Source: Fibrobacterales bacterium Fibro_02
GTDB taxonomy: Bacteria; Fibrobacterota; Fibrobacteria; Fibrobacterales; Fibrobacteraceae
Direction: 5' to 3'
NCBI GenBank assembly: GCA_001603905.1
Contig: LVAE01000102.1
Location: forward strand, 11,365 to 75,364
DNA: 64,000 nucleotides
The translations under genes and the position numbers were made by a program. A model generated the notes under the pieces. It saw nothing but the letters and a program-made list of their open reading frames with translations. It ran no database searches and was not told the DNA's origin. Positions 18,186 through 27,300 of the stretch are shown here, in pieces. How positions within the stretch are numbered: position 1 is the stretch's first letter; each line of letters starts with the position of its first letter.

Positions 18186-19654
18186 TATTTTCCTATACTA
18201 TCTAATATTTTCTGAGCCTGCTTGGCAATCATGTCGTTGCCGTTCATCTCGATTACTTTTTGAAGACGCTTGACACCGTCTTCAATTTCTATTTTATTCG
18301 TAATGCAGGTCTCTCCCAGAACGTAGAGAGCGCGGCGAGCGAAGTTCTTGTCCTTCTCGCGGGAAAGGCCTTTCTTCAAAAGCAGGATGGCCGCTTCGGG
18401 GGAGTTCTTCGCCTTGGCGATTTCGCCCCATTCCAGCCATTGGTTGCTCATGATTTCAATGTAGAGAGTCGGGCTGGTCATCCGTTCGGCAAGTGATTTT
18501 ACGAGTTCCCCGTCGACAGGGTGTTCCTGCAAAAGTTGGGTCATCGCCTGGGTCAGCTGACGCTGAGCCTGGTCGAACTGTCCGAGCTTGGCGCTTGCAA
18601 ATCCGGCCTCGATGGTGGCGCGGGTTTTCGCCTTCATTTCTGCCATCGGGTTACGGCTCGCGACGCGACGTGCTCGTTCGTTGAGGGCGTCCAGTTTGAG
18701 TTCTCGCTTGTTTTTGCGGCGGGTCTCGATCTTTGTTCCGGCGAAAGCTCCTGCTCCGAACAGAACGGGCGAAAGAATCGTGACAGCACCGAAAATCCCC
18801 GGATTCACAAACCAGTTGATGGCCATGTCCAAGATAAGTCCCGTAAAGCAAACCGCAGAAGTAATCGTCGAAACCATGTCCTTGCGAGGGGCGAATGCGG
18901 TTGCTCCGAGTAAGAAGACGAGGGCGAGGCTCATTCCCATGTAGCGTTCGCCGTCATAGTGATCGAAGAAGCTTGTTCCCGTAAGGATCGATACGAAAAT
19001 CCCACCGCATAGGGCTAAACCGACTACGATTCCCCACAAGATGTACCATTGCCAGCGCTTTTCCAGTTGAACCGTGGCGAAGATAAAGAATACGGCAAAA
19101 ACCAGATAGCTCCATACGCTCGGAAAAAGCATCCAGCTGGTAAGCAGGTTTCCGTATTGTTCCCTCTTGGGTACAAATGCCATATTGTAGCGGGTGAACT
19201 TGTCCGTGTAGTTGTTAATCCATTTCGTCTGTTCGCGACGGAAATCCGATTCGTTAGGGTAGCGCTTGTGTTCTTCGGCGAAAGCTTCCTTGCCGCCCTT
19301 GATTTCCCACCATTCGCGGAAATCCTTTTTCATAATTTCGATGCGGTCTTCCACGATGTAGGAGGGCTTCTGGGCGAGAGCCCTTGCGCGGAACTGTTCG
19401 AATTCCTCGTTGCGGATTTTTTCGGTGGGTTCCAACCCGACCGACTTGAATTGTTCGGCACCTTCGTTTTCCCACCATTTGTTGAAAGCCTTTTCAATCC
19501 CGCGTTCGTAGCGGTGTTGGTTGATATAGGGCATCGCCCCTGTTACGGCGTTGAATATTCCAAGTCCGAGAATCAGGGCGAGGGCAAGGTAATGAACGGG
19601 GCGGAGTTGACGAATGCCGCCAAGGAACAGCTTCTTTAGAGTCGCTTTGAACAT
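18185..19654 (-). CDS. Membrane protein with degenerate rhomboid-like domain and C-terminal TPR-like helices
   Basis: GNLLTSWML, QLEKRW and YMGMSLALVFLLGA resemble the rhomboid core; helical TPR-like C-terminus; ATG at 19654 (TTG at 19660 is an alternative start). Confidence 0.6.
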   Translation of the reverse strand: MFKATLKKLFLGGIRQLRPVHYLALALILGLGIFNAVTGAMPYINQHRYERGIEKAFNKWWENEGAEQFKSVGLEPTEKIRNEEFEQFRARALAQKPSYIVEDRIEIMKKDFREWWEIKGGKEAFAEEHKRYPNESDFRREQTKWINNYTDKFTRYNMAFVPKREQYGNLLTSWMLFPSVWSYLVFAVFFIFATVQLEKRWQWYILWGIVVGLALCGGIFVSILTGTSFFDHYDGERYMGMSLALVFLLGATAFAPRKDMVSTITSAVCFTGLILDMAINWFVNPGIFGAVTILSPVLFGAGAFAGTKIETRRKNKRELKLDALNERARRVASRNPMAEMKAKTRATIEAGFASAKLGQFDQAQRQLTQAMTQLLQEHPVDGELVKSLAERMTSPTLYIEIMSNQWLEWGEIAKAKNSPEAAILLLKKGLSREKDKNFARRALYVLGETCITNKIEIEDGVKRLQKVIEMNGNDMIAKQAQKILDSIGK

Positions 19655-19679
19655 ATCCAAAAATGATGGTTGAAAAAAA

Positions 19680-20717
19680 TTACTTGAGCGGGTTCTTGTC
19701 GCTCTTGTACCACTTCATGAATTCACCGATGCCGTCGTGCAGGCTCCAGTGCGGCTTGTAGCCACATTCGGTCTCGAGCTTGGTGGTGTCGGCGTTGGTC
19801 TGGTACACGTCACCGGGCTGCATGGGCAAGAAATTCTTCTTGGCGGGTTCGCCGTATGCGTTCTCGATTTCGGCGATAAAGTCCATGAGCTTTACCGGAT
19901 GGCTGCAACCGATGTTGTAAATCTTGTAGGGCACGCTGTTCGGGCACTGGGCCGCATCGGGCACATGGTCCAATGTGTGGATGGTGCCTTCGGCGATGTC
20001 GTCAATGTAGGTAAAGTCGCGGATCATGTCGCCGTTGTTGAATACCTTGATAGGTTCGCCCTTGGAAATAGCGCGGGCAAAGAGCATGGGCGACATGTCG
20101 GGACGTCCCCACGGACCGTATACGGTGAAGAACCGTAGACCCGCGACGGGCAGGTTGTAGAGTTTGCTGTAGCTGTGCGCCATGAGCTCGTTGCTCTTCT
20201 TGCTGGCGGCGTACAGGCTCACCGGATTGTCAACCTTGTCGTCTTCGCTGTAGGGCACCTTGCTGTTGAGACCATACACGGAACTCGACGAGGCAAATAC
20301 GAGGTACTTGACTTCGTTATGACGACATGCTTCCAGAATGTTCAGGAATCCGACCAGGTTGCTTTGCAGGTAAGCGTACGGATTCGTGATGGAGTAGCGC
20401 ACGCCCGCCTGTGCGGCGAGGTTCACGACCTTGTCGAACTTTTCTTCGGCGAAGAGCTTGTCTAAAGGTTCCTTGTCATCGATGCCCATCTTCACGAATC
20501 GGCAGTTCTTGTACTTGGTGCTTTGGACCATGACGCCGTAGGCGAAGTTGTCGCCGGGCTGCTCGATGCCGCCTTCGCGGAGGCGGCCGTACTTGAGGCG
20601 AACATCGTAATAGTCGTTGATGTTGTCGAGGCCAACCACTTCGTCGCCGCGTTCCGCGAGCATGAACATGAGCTTGGACCCGATAAAACCTGCTGCACCT
20701 GTAACAAGAATCTTCAT
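19680..20717 (-). CDS. NAD-dependent epimerase (UDP-glucuronate 4-epimerase type)
   Basis: TGAAGFIG, NLAAQAGVRYS, YAASKK, RFFTVYGPWGRPDM and QPGDV motifs. Confidence 0.93.
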   Translation of the reverse strand: MKILVTGAAGFIGSKLMFMLAERGDEVVGLDNINDYYDVRLKYGRLREGGIEQPGDNFAYGVMVQSTKYKNCRFVKMGIDDKEPLDKLFAEEKFDKVVNLAAQAGVRYSITNPYAYLQSNLVGFLNILEACRHNEVKYLVFASSSSVYGLNSKVPYSEDDKVDNPVSLYAASKKSNELMAHSYSKLYNLPVAGLRFFTVYGPWGRPDMSPMLFARAISKGEPIKVFNNGDMIRDFTYIDDIAEGTIHTLDHVPDAAQCPNSVPYKIYNIGCSHPVKLMDFIAEIENAYGEPAKKNFLPMQPGDVYQTNADTTKLETECGYKPHWSLHDGIGEFMKWYKSDKNPLK

Positions 20718-20752
20718 GTGAAAAAATATAGAAATTTCTACCTTTATTCCCG

Positions 20753-21304
20753 ATGTCCACGGTTATCTTGTTTAACAAACCTTTTGGTGTCTTGAGCCAG
20801 TTTACGCCGGAGTCGGGCCATGCAGCGCTCGATACCTTCGGCTTTCCGCCGGGAGTTTATGCGGCAGGACGCTTGGACCATGACAGCGAAGGGGCGCTTC
20901 TGCTGACGGACAACGGCAAGCTTATCAAGAAACTGTTGGACCCGAAGTTCGAACATCCGCGTACCTACTTGGCACAGGTTGATGGACAAATTACCGAAGA
21001 GGCTGTTCGAAAGCTTTCCAAAGGCGTAGACATCAAGGGTTACCATACCAAACCCTGCAAGGCAGAAATCGTCGAGGCCCCGGAATGGATTTGGGACCGT
21101 AATCCGCCGGTGCGTTTCCGTGCAAACATCCCCACGAGCTGGGTACGCCTCACCCTTATCGAAGGTAAGAACCGTCAGGTCCGCCACATGACGGCGGCGG
21201 TGGGTTTCCCGACACTTCGCCTTGTCCGTGTGCAAATAGGAAAAATTCCCCTGGGTGACTTGCAACCAGGGGAATGGAAAGTTGTTACCGATAAAGTAAT
21301 TTAA
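20753..21304 (+). CDS. rluE: 23S rRNA pseudouridine synthase (RluE-like, RsuA family)
   Basis: NKPFGVLSQF, GRLDHDSEG and EGKNRQVRHMTAAVGFPTLRLVR motifs. Confidence 0.85.
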   Translation: MSTVILFNKPFGVLSQFTPESGHAALDTFGFPPGVYAAGRLDHDSEGALLLTDNGKLIKKLLDPKFEHPRTYLAQVDGQITEEAVRKLSKGVDIKGYHTKPCKAEIVEAPEWIWDRNPPVRFRANIPTSWVRLTLIEGKNRQVRHMTAAVGFPTLRLVRVQIGKIPLGDLQPGEWKVVTDKVI

Positions 21305-21307
21305 TTA

Positions 21308-22945
21308 CTAGATCAAACCTTCAAAGAAGTTGTTGCCCTTGTCATCGACCAAGATGAATGCCGGGAAGTCCTTAATCGTGATCTTGCGGATGGCTTCCAT
21401 GCCGAGTTCCGGGAAGGCCACGATGTCGTTGGACAGAATGTTCTGTTCAGCGAGGATGGCTGCCGGACCGCCGATGGAGCCGAGGAAGAATCCACCGTAC
21501 TTCTTGCAGGCGTCGGTCACGTCCTGGCTGCGGTTGCCCTTAGCGACCATGATCATCGAAGCACCCTTGCTCTGGAAGCGCATCACGTACGGGTCCATGC
21601 GGTTTGCCGTTGTCGGGCCAAAGCTACCTGTCGGCATGCCTGCCGGAGTCTTTGCCGGGCCAGCGTAGTAAATCGGGTGGTCAGAAACAACCTTGAGCAC
21701 GGTCTTTTCTTCGTCCGAGAGTTCTTCACCGCGTTCCTGCTTGTCGAAGATTTCAGCAATCTTCGCGTGGGCCATATCGCGAGCCACAATCATCGTGCCC
21801 TTGAGGGAGAGGCGCGTTTTCACCGGATACTTGGTGAGGTCGGCGAGCACTTCCTTCATCGGACGGTCGAGGTCAATTTCAATAGCCGGAGCGAGGTTCA
21901 CGGCGTTGCCTGCCGGAATGTAGTTTTCCGGATGGTGTTCCATCTTTTCGAGCCAGAGGCCGTTTTCGTCAATCTTTGCCTTGATGTTGCGGTCAGCAGA
22001 GCAGCTAACGCCGATAGAAACCGGGCAGCTTGCTGCATGACGCGGAGCGCGAATTACGCGAACGTCGTGCACCAGGTACTTGCCGCCGAACTGAGCGCCA
22101 ATGCCCGTCTTCTGGCAGATGTGCAAGACCTTTTCTTCCATTTCGAGGTCACGGAAAATACGGCCGCCTTCGGAACCGCTCGTCGGAATATCGTCGAGGT
22201 AGCCGCAGCTAGCGAGCTTCACCATGTGCGTGTTCATTTCGGCAGAGGTACCGCCAATCACGATGGCGAGGTGGTACGGAGGGCAAGCGGCTGTACCGAG
22301 AGTCTTCACCTTTTCGGCAAGGAACTTTTCCAAGGACTTCGCGTTGAGGAGTGCCTTGGTCATGGGCCAGTAGTAAGTCTTGTTGGCAGAGCCACCGCCC
22401 TTGGCGACGAACAAGAACTTCATTTCGGCACCTTCTTCGGCGTGGATGTCGATCTGAGCCGGGAGGTTGCATCCGGTGTTCTTTTCTTCGTACATGGTCA
22501 AGGGAGCAATCTGGCTGTAGCGCAGGTTCTTCGTGGTGTAGGCGTTATAGACGCCTTCCGAAATGGCTTCGGCGTCATCGAAGCCGGTCCACACCTGCTG
22601 GCCCTTGTGGGCAACGCAGATTGCCGTACCGGTGTCCTGGCAGAACGGCAGGATGCCCTTGGCGGCAACGCAGGCGTTCTTGAGCATGGTGAGGGCGACA
22701 AACTTGTCGTTGTCCGAAGCTTCCGGGTCCTGGAGAATCTTGGCGACCTTGGCTGTGTGGGCCGGACGGAGGCAGAATTCAACTTCTTCGAAAGCGGCCT
22801 GGGCGATCTTCGTCAGGGCTTCCTTGGAAACCTTGAGAATCTTCTTGCCTTCGAATTCGGCGACGGAAACGCCTTCCTTGCCGAGACTTACGTATTCGGT
22901 TGTATCTTCACCGTGCTGGACGGTAGCTTCGTATTTGAATGCCAT
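21308..22945 (-). CDS. fumA: Class I (Fe-S) fumarate hydratase
   Basis: [31 protein letters not shown] and GPTTANRMD motifs. Confidence 0.93.
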   Translation of the reverse strand: MAFKYEATVQHGEDTTEYVSLGKEGVSVAEFEGKKILKVSKEALTKIAQAAFEEVEFCLRPAHTAKVAKILQDPEASDNDKFVALTMLKNACVAAKGILPFCQDTGTAICVAHKGQQVWTGFDDAEAISEGVYNAYTTKNLRYSQIAPLTMYEEKNTGCNLPAQIDIHAEEGAEMKFLFVAKGGGSANKTYYWPMTKALLNAKSLEKFLAEKVKTLGTAACPPYHLAIVIGGTSAEMNTHMVKLASCGYLDDIPTSGSEGGRIFRDLEMEEKVLHICQKTGIGAQFGGKYLVHDVRVIRAPRHAASCPVSIGVSCSADRNIKAKIDENGLWLEKMEHHPENYIPAGNAVNLAPAIEIDLDRPMKEVLADLTKYPVKTRLSLKGTMIVARDMAHAKIAEIFDKQERGEELSDEEKTVLKVVSDHPIYYAGPAKTPAGMPTGSFGPTTANRMDPYVMRFQSKGASMIMVAKGNRSQDVTDACKKYGGFFLGSIGGPAAILAEQNILSNDIVAFPELGMEAIRKITIKDFPAFILVDDKGNNFFEGLI

Positions 22946-22952
22946 ATTTTTC

Positions 22953-22980
22953 TAGTGGTTGGTGGTTAGTGTTTGCTGGT
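22953..22980. repeat. Four degenerate heptamer tandem repeats
   Basis: tagtggt-tggtggt-tagtgtt-tgctggt immediately upstream of the fumarase start. Confidence 0.5.
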
Positions 22981-23000
22981 TTGAGGCTTTTACCTCTGCA

Positions 23001-23062
23001 GTCATTCTCGACCGAAGGGAGGGAATCCAATACTGGATCCCGTCGCTACGCTCCAGGATGAC
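23001..23062. repeat. REP-like inverted pair
   Basis: GTCATTCTCGACCGAAGGGAGGGAATCCA followed by the inverted unit TGGATCCCGTCGCTACGCTCCAGGATGAC. Confidence 0.75.
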
Positions 23063-23286
23063 CTTGTGTCTTTTGACCCTAAATTTAATTTCTTTCGACC
23101 CCAGTCTCCCGTCCCTTGTCCAAAAGGGGCGTGCTTTTGTTGATAAATAGTGCTTATTTTTGCGAAAACGCGACGAAATAACCAAAAAAGCCGATAATTT
23201 GAATTTTTTTTGAATTTTTTTGAACAAAAACGCGTGATTTGTACTATTTTTTACATCGTAAAAGTTTAAATCTAGTGAGGAATACT

Positions 23287-23973
23287 ATGAAGATCAAGAA
23301 TCTCATGCTCGCATCTATGCTTGCCTCTGCTGTTGTTTTCGCGGCCCCGGCTGCCAAGACTGCCGCCGCTCCTGCCGCAAAGGCCGCTCCCGCTGCCGAA
23401 GCTGCAAAGCCCGCTGCTGAAGCCCCGAAGGCTGAAGCTGCCGCACCGGCTCCCGCTGCAGCCCCTGCTGCTCAGCCCGCCGCCGAAGCTCCGAAGGCTG
23501 CTGAAGCCGCTCCGGCCGCTGCTCCTGCCGAAGCCCCGAAGGCTGAAGCCGCTGCCGCACCTGCCGCTACTGATTCTGCTGCCGCTCCTGCTGAAGCCCC
23601 GAAGGCCGAAGCCGCTGCCCCGGCTGCAACCGATTCTACCGCTGCCGCAGCCCCGGCCGACTCTGCCGCCGCTCCTGCTGAAGCCGTAGCCGCCGCCGAT
23701 ACTACTGCTCCTGCCGATACTGCCAAGGCCGAAGTGCTCGAAGCAAAGGCTGAAGAAGCTCCGGTTGACTCCGCCGCTCTCGCCAAGGCCGAAGAAGAAA
23801 AGAAGGCTGCCGAAGCTGAAGCTAAGGCCAAGGCCGAAGAACAGGCTGCTCTCGAAAACAGCTCCGCCGGTTCTGCAAAGTCCACCATCATGGAAAACCC
23901 GTGGGAATTCCTGATCGTGTCTGCCGCCTTCGTGGCATCCGTGCTCGTGATTATCTTCACCGGCAAGGACTAA
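23287..23973 (+). CDS. Exported Ala/Pro/Glu/Lys-rich protein with C-terminal TM anchor
   Basis: RBS gagg upstream, signal peptide, repeated AEAPKAEAAAPA, C-terminal hydrophobic helix; strongly biased codons. Confidence 0.8.
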   Translation: MKIKNLMLASMLASAVVFAAPAAKTAAAPAAKAAPAAEAAKPAAEAPKAEAAAPAPAAAPAAQPAAEAPKAAEAAPAAAPAEAPKAEAAAAPAATDSAAAPAEAPKAEAAAPAATDSTAAAAPADSAAAPAEAVAAADTTAPADTAKAEVLEAKAEEAPVDSAALAKAEEEKKAAEAEAKAKAEEQAALENSSAGSAKSTIMENPWEFLIVSAAFVASVLVIIFTGKD

Positions 23974-24002
23974 TCTAACGGTTTAAAATCCACAGATTTT
24001 TA

Positions 24003-24035
24003 GAGGTCGATGCCTACGGGTGTCGGCCTTTTTTT
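24003..24035 (+). terminator. Rho-independent terminator
   Basis: gaggtcgatgcc-tac-gggtgtcggcct followed by a T run. Confidence 0.75.
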
Positions 24036-24047
24036 GTTGCGCTAAAT

Positions 24048-24113
24048 GTCATGCCGGACTGTCTGGCGTTTTTTTCACACTTAATGTCATCCCGACCCTG
24101 TGTCGGGATCTCC
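24048..24113. repeat. Two short REP-like GTCAT-hairpin units
   Basis: gtcatgccggactgtctggc and gtcatcccgaccctgtgtcgggatctcc. Confidence 0.5.
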
Positions 24114-24360
24114 TTTTTACCGCCATTCTGTAAACTTTTTTGAACCTTATTCTGTAAATTTCTTACTAAAAACTTTTATACGAAACTGCGTGTTCCAAAT
24201 CAATTTTTTTTGCCTTTTTTGAGAGCAAAATGCGAACATTTTCTGATTTGGCATAGTCCGTTTTTAGGCTAATAAATCTATTTTTAGAATGTGTATTTGG
24301 GCGTTTGCTTAACGGGTGTTTGTGCATCCGCCATTTAGTTGTATATAAAAGGAGGCTTTT

Positions 24361-27300
24361 GTGCCTATTAAAAAGAGTCTTGTCGCTGCGATGTTTGTCG
24401 CGATGTCTGCCGTATCCGTTATGGCGGCAGCGGGTCAGGAGCAGCCCACGCCTTATGACCTGATTCGTCCGGTGTGGCCCCTCACCTGGGATACGACTGT
24501 ATTTGATCATTACGACACGACTGTCACCAAGAAGCACAACATGGTGCCGAAGAACCGCACCCCGGCTTCTTATGTGCCGAACGCACTGATTCCCGATACC
24601 CTGAACCAGGCTTATCTCGATGCGATTAACTACCGCATGTCGCCGATCCGTATCAACCAGGCCGGTTACTTGCCGAGCGACCCTGAAAAGCAGTTCTACT
24701 ATGTGGGTACGGCGACCACTTTCGAAGTGGTTGATGTCGACGGTAATTCCTTGAGCCCTGCGGTGACGGGTACGCTTACCAGTAGTGGCGTGCAGACTTC
24801 TTCGGACTGGACGATTATCGCCGGTACCAATGCGGCTACTAACGACCAGAAGCGTTACCAGCTCGACATCACGGGGCAGTCCGGCATTATCCAGATCGGT
24901 CATATTCCGGGCAATGTCCCGACGGACACCCGTTTGCGTATCAAGGTCGGGAACGATATCTCGAGCACCTTTATCGTGAGCGAGAAGGTGTATTCCATGG
25001 TGCGTAGCGCCGCCCTCAAGTTCTACGGCATCAACCGCAGTGGTAACGGTGATTCCTGGTTCCATCCGGCAAGCCATACCTTGGACGGTGCCGGTCCGGT
25101 AGTGACAGGCTCTGATGATGTTCGCGGCAGTTATGACGCTTCACTTGCGGGAACTTTGGAAGGCGGTTACTATGACTGCGGTGACCACCTGAAGGAATCC
25201 CAGACGCAGATGTATGCCTTTATGGTGGCTGCGGTTCTTGCTGCAACGAATCCTGATGCTGACGAAGACAACTATGCCTTTAACCACGGCGAGACGGTGA
25301 ATACCGACGGTATCCCGGACATGTTGCGCGAAGCAAAGCACGGTGCAGACTTTGTGCTGCGTGCCTATGTGCGTGCGAAGGGCGTGATTGACGATATGGC
25401 CTTGTCCGTTGGTAATTTCGGTGCTGACCACGGCTGGTGGGGTAGGCCTGAAAATCAGGATAAGCTTCCTGTGGATAACTCGGCTGCGGCGACAGACCGT
25501 GGCGGTCCGGCGACAAGAACGGTTCGCCTTGGCGAAATCGGTGCGAATATTGGTGGCGAAACGGCTGCTGGCCTTGCGATTTTGGGCAAGATGTATGCTG
25601 AATACGACAAGCCCTTTGCGGACAGCTGCTTGATGGTTGCCGAAAAGATGTACGACTTTGCGAAGTCCCTGGCCCAGGGTAAGTCCAGCTACGATGGTGG
25701 CAAGCCTTTTGTGAACAATACCAAGGCTGCCGGTTGGTCTTCTCCGGCTTACAACGGCAACAATGAATTCTACGATGACCTGGCTCTTGCGTCTGTGGCA
25801 CTTCTCTATGCGACCGGCAAGAAGGAATATGCTGACGACATGATCCGCACCAAGAACCTGGTGGCCGGGCAGGAATACATGGACGGTGCAGGCGCCTTTG
25901 CGGGCGGTTGGTTTGTGACCAACGACAAGGGCTTCTTGAAGAACGTGAAAAACACGAGCTGGGCAAACTCCTATGCCTATGCGACCTACGCCCTCTATAA
26001 GTTGATTTTGGCTGACAAGACGAAGGCGACCACGGAATATGGTCTTACCGAAACTGAATGGCTGAATGCGGTGGAAGACTGTATTACGAGCATGATCCTG
26101 AACTTGGAAGACATGTCTGGAAACGGAACCGGCTCCATTGCGCTGCCGGGCATTCCCAACAACCAGGGCCCGGCTTGGAAGCTGAGAGGCGCCCTGCAGT
26201 ATGACCCCACCTGGTACACCATGATGACGGACCAGACCTGGATTTACAACCGTTACCAGGCCGGCAACATCTTTGAAGTCCTTGCATACGCCGATGTGGC
26301 GAGGGATATCGAAAAGCAGGGAATCGTTCTTCCGATCATGGGTACTCCCGACTGGAAGGCCGATGAAATGCATCAGCTGGCTATCAACCAGTTGAACTAT
26401 ATGCTGGGCGTGAACCCGTGGGATGTGTCCTTTATTCTGGGTATTGGCGACAAGAACGATGCCCACCCGCACCATCGTGCCGCAAACCCCGAAGGCAAGA
26501 ACATGCCGGGTGCAAACTATAAGTACAATCCGCCGGTGGGCGCCCTTTTCGGTGGCGTGACTCCGGGTACGACCAATTCCTGGGTTCCCGACAACAAGAG
26601 CTGGGAAGACTATCACCTGTCCGAAACCTGTATCGATGCCGCTGCTACGATCGTGAGCTCGGGTATGCTTGCCGCTGCCAAGTTCGACCGTACCGCCGCT
26701 CCGGGTGTGACTGTGGAAATCCGCCATGTGAGCATGGACTCCGCAATTGTGATGGTGAAGCTTACGACTCGTGGAACGGCAAGGCTTTATTACGGTACCG
26801 ACGAGGCCTCGTTGAATACGGCGGCCTTCCCGGATGACACGACTGCGGGCGTGCAGCACGAAATTATCTTGCGCGGACTTCAGAACGGTACGACCTACTA
26901 CTTCTTTGCTGCAGGTCTGAATGCCTACAATCCGGATAACTTTACGTTCAAGTACATGGTCGATTCTACGGAAACGCCGTATAGCTTTACGACGCTCAAT
27001 ACGGTGGAAAGTGCGCAGATCATGAACCCGACGGTTTGTAACATGTTCGGCGACAGCGCCGAAATTATGTGGTACACGCCGAACGGTGAATACGAATCCA
27101 AGGTGTACTGGGATACGGTTCCCCATGCAACTGCTGCTGAATATGCCTTCAATAGCGGCGCGGGCAACGCGGATGTTTCCGGTATTCCTGTCAAGTTCCA
27201 CTACGTAAAGATTGGCGGACTTAAGGAAAAGACGACTTACTACTACATGGTCGAAAGTAATGGCCAGTTTGCGAATACCAACGAAAAGACGGGCGAAATG

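Noticed and set aside
21677-22969. 430-aa antisense ORF over fumarase (similarly 46609-47970, 41263-42393, 6598-7710)
   Set aside because: Antisense shadows of well-supported genes
24240-24330. Possible sigma54 -24/-12 promoter (TTGGCAT...) upstream of the GH9 run
   Set aside because: No GC at the required GG-N10-GC spacing for any GG I checked
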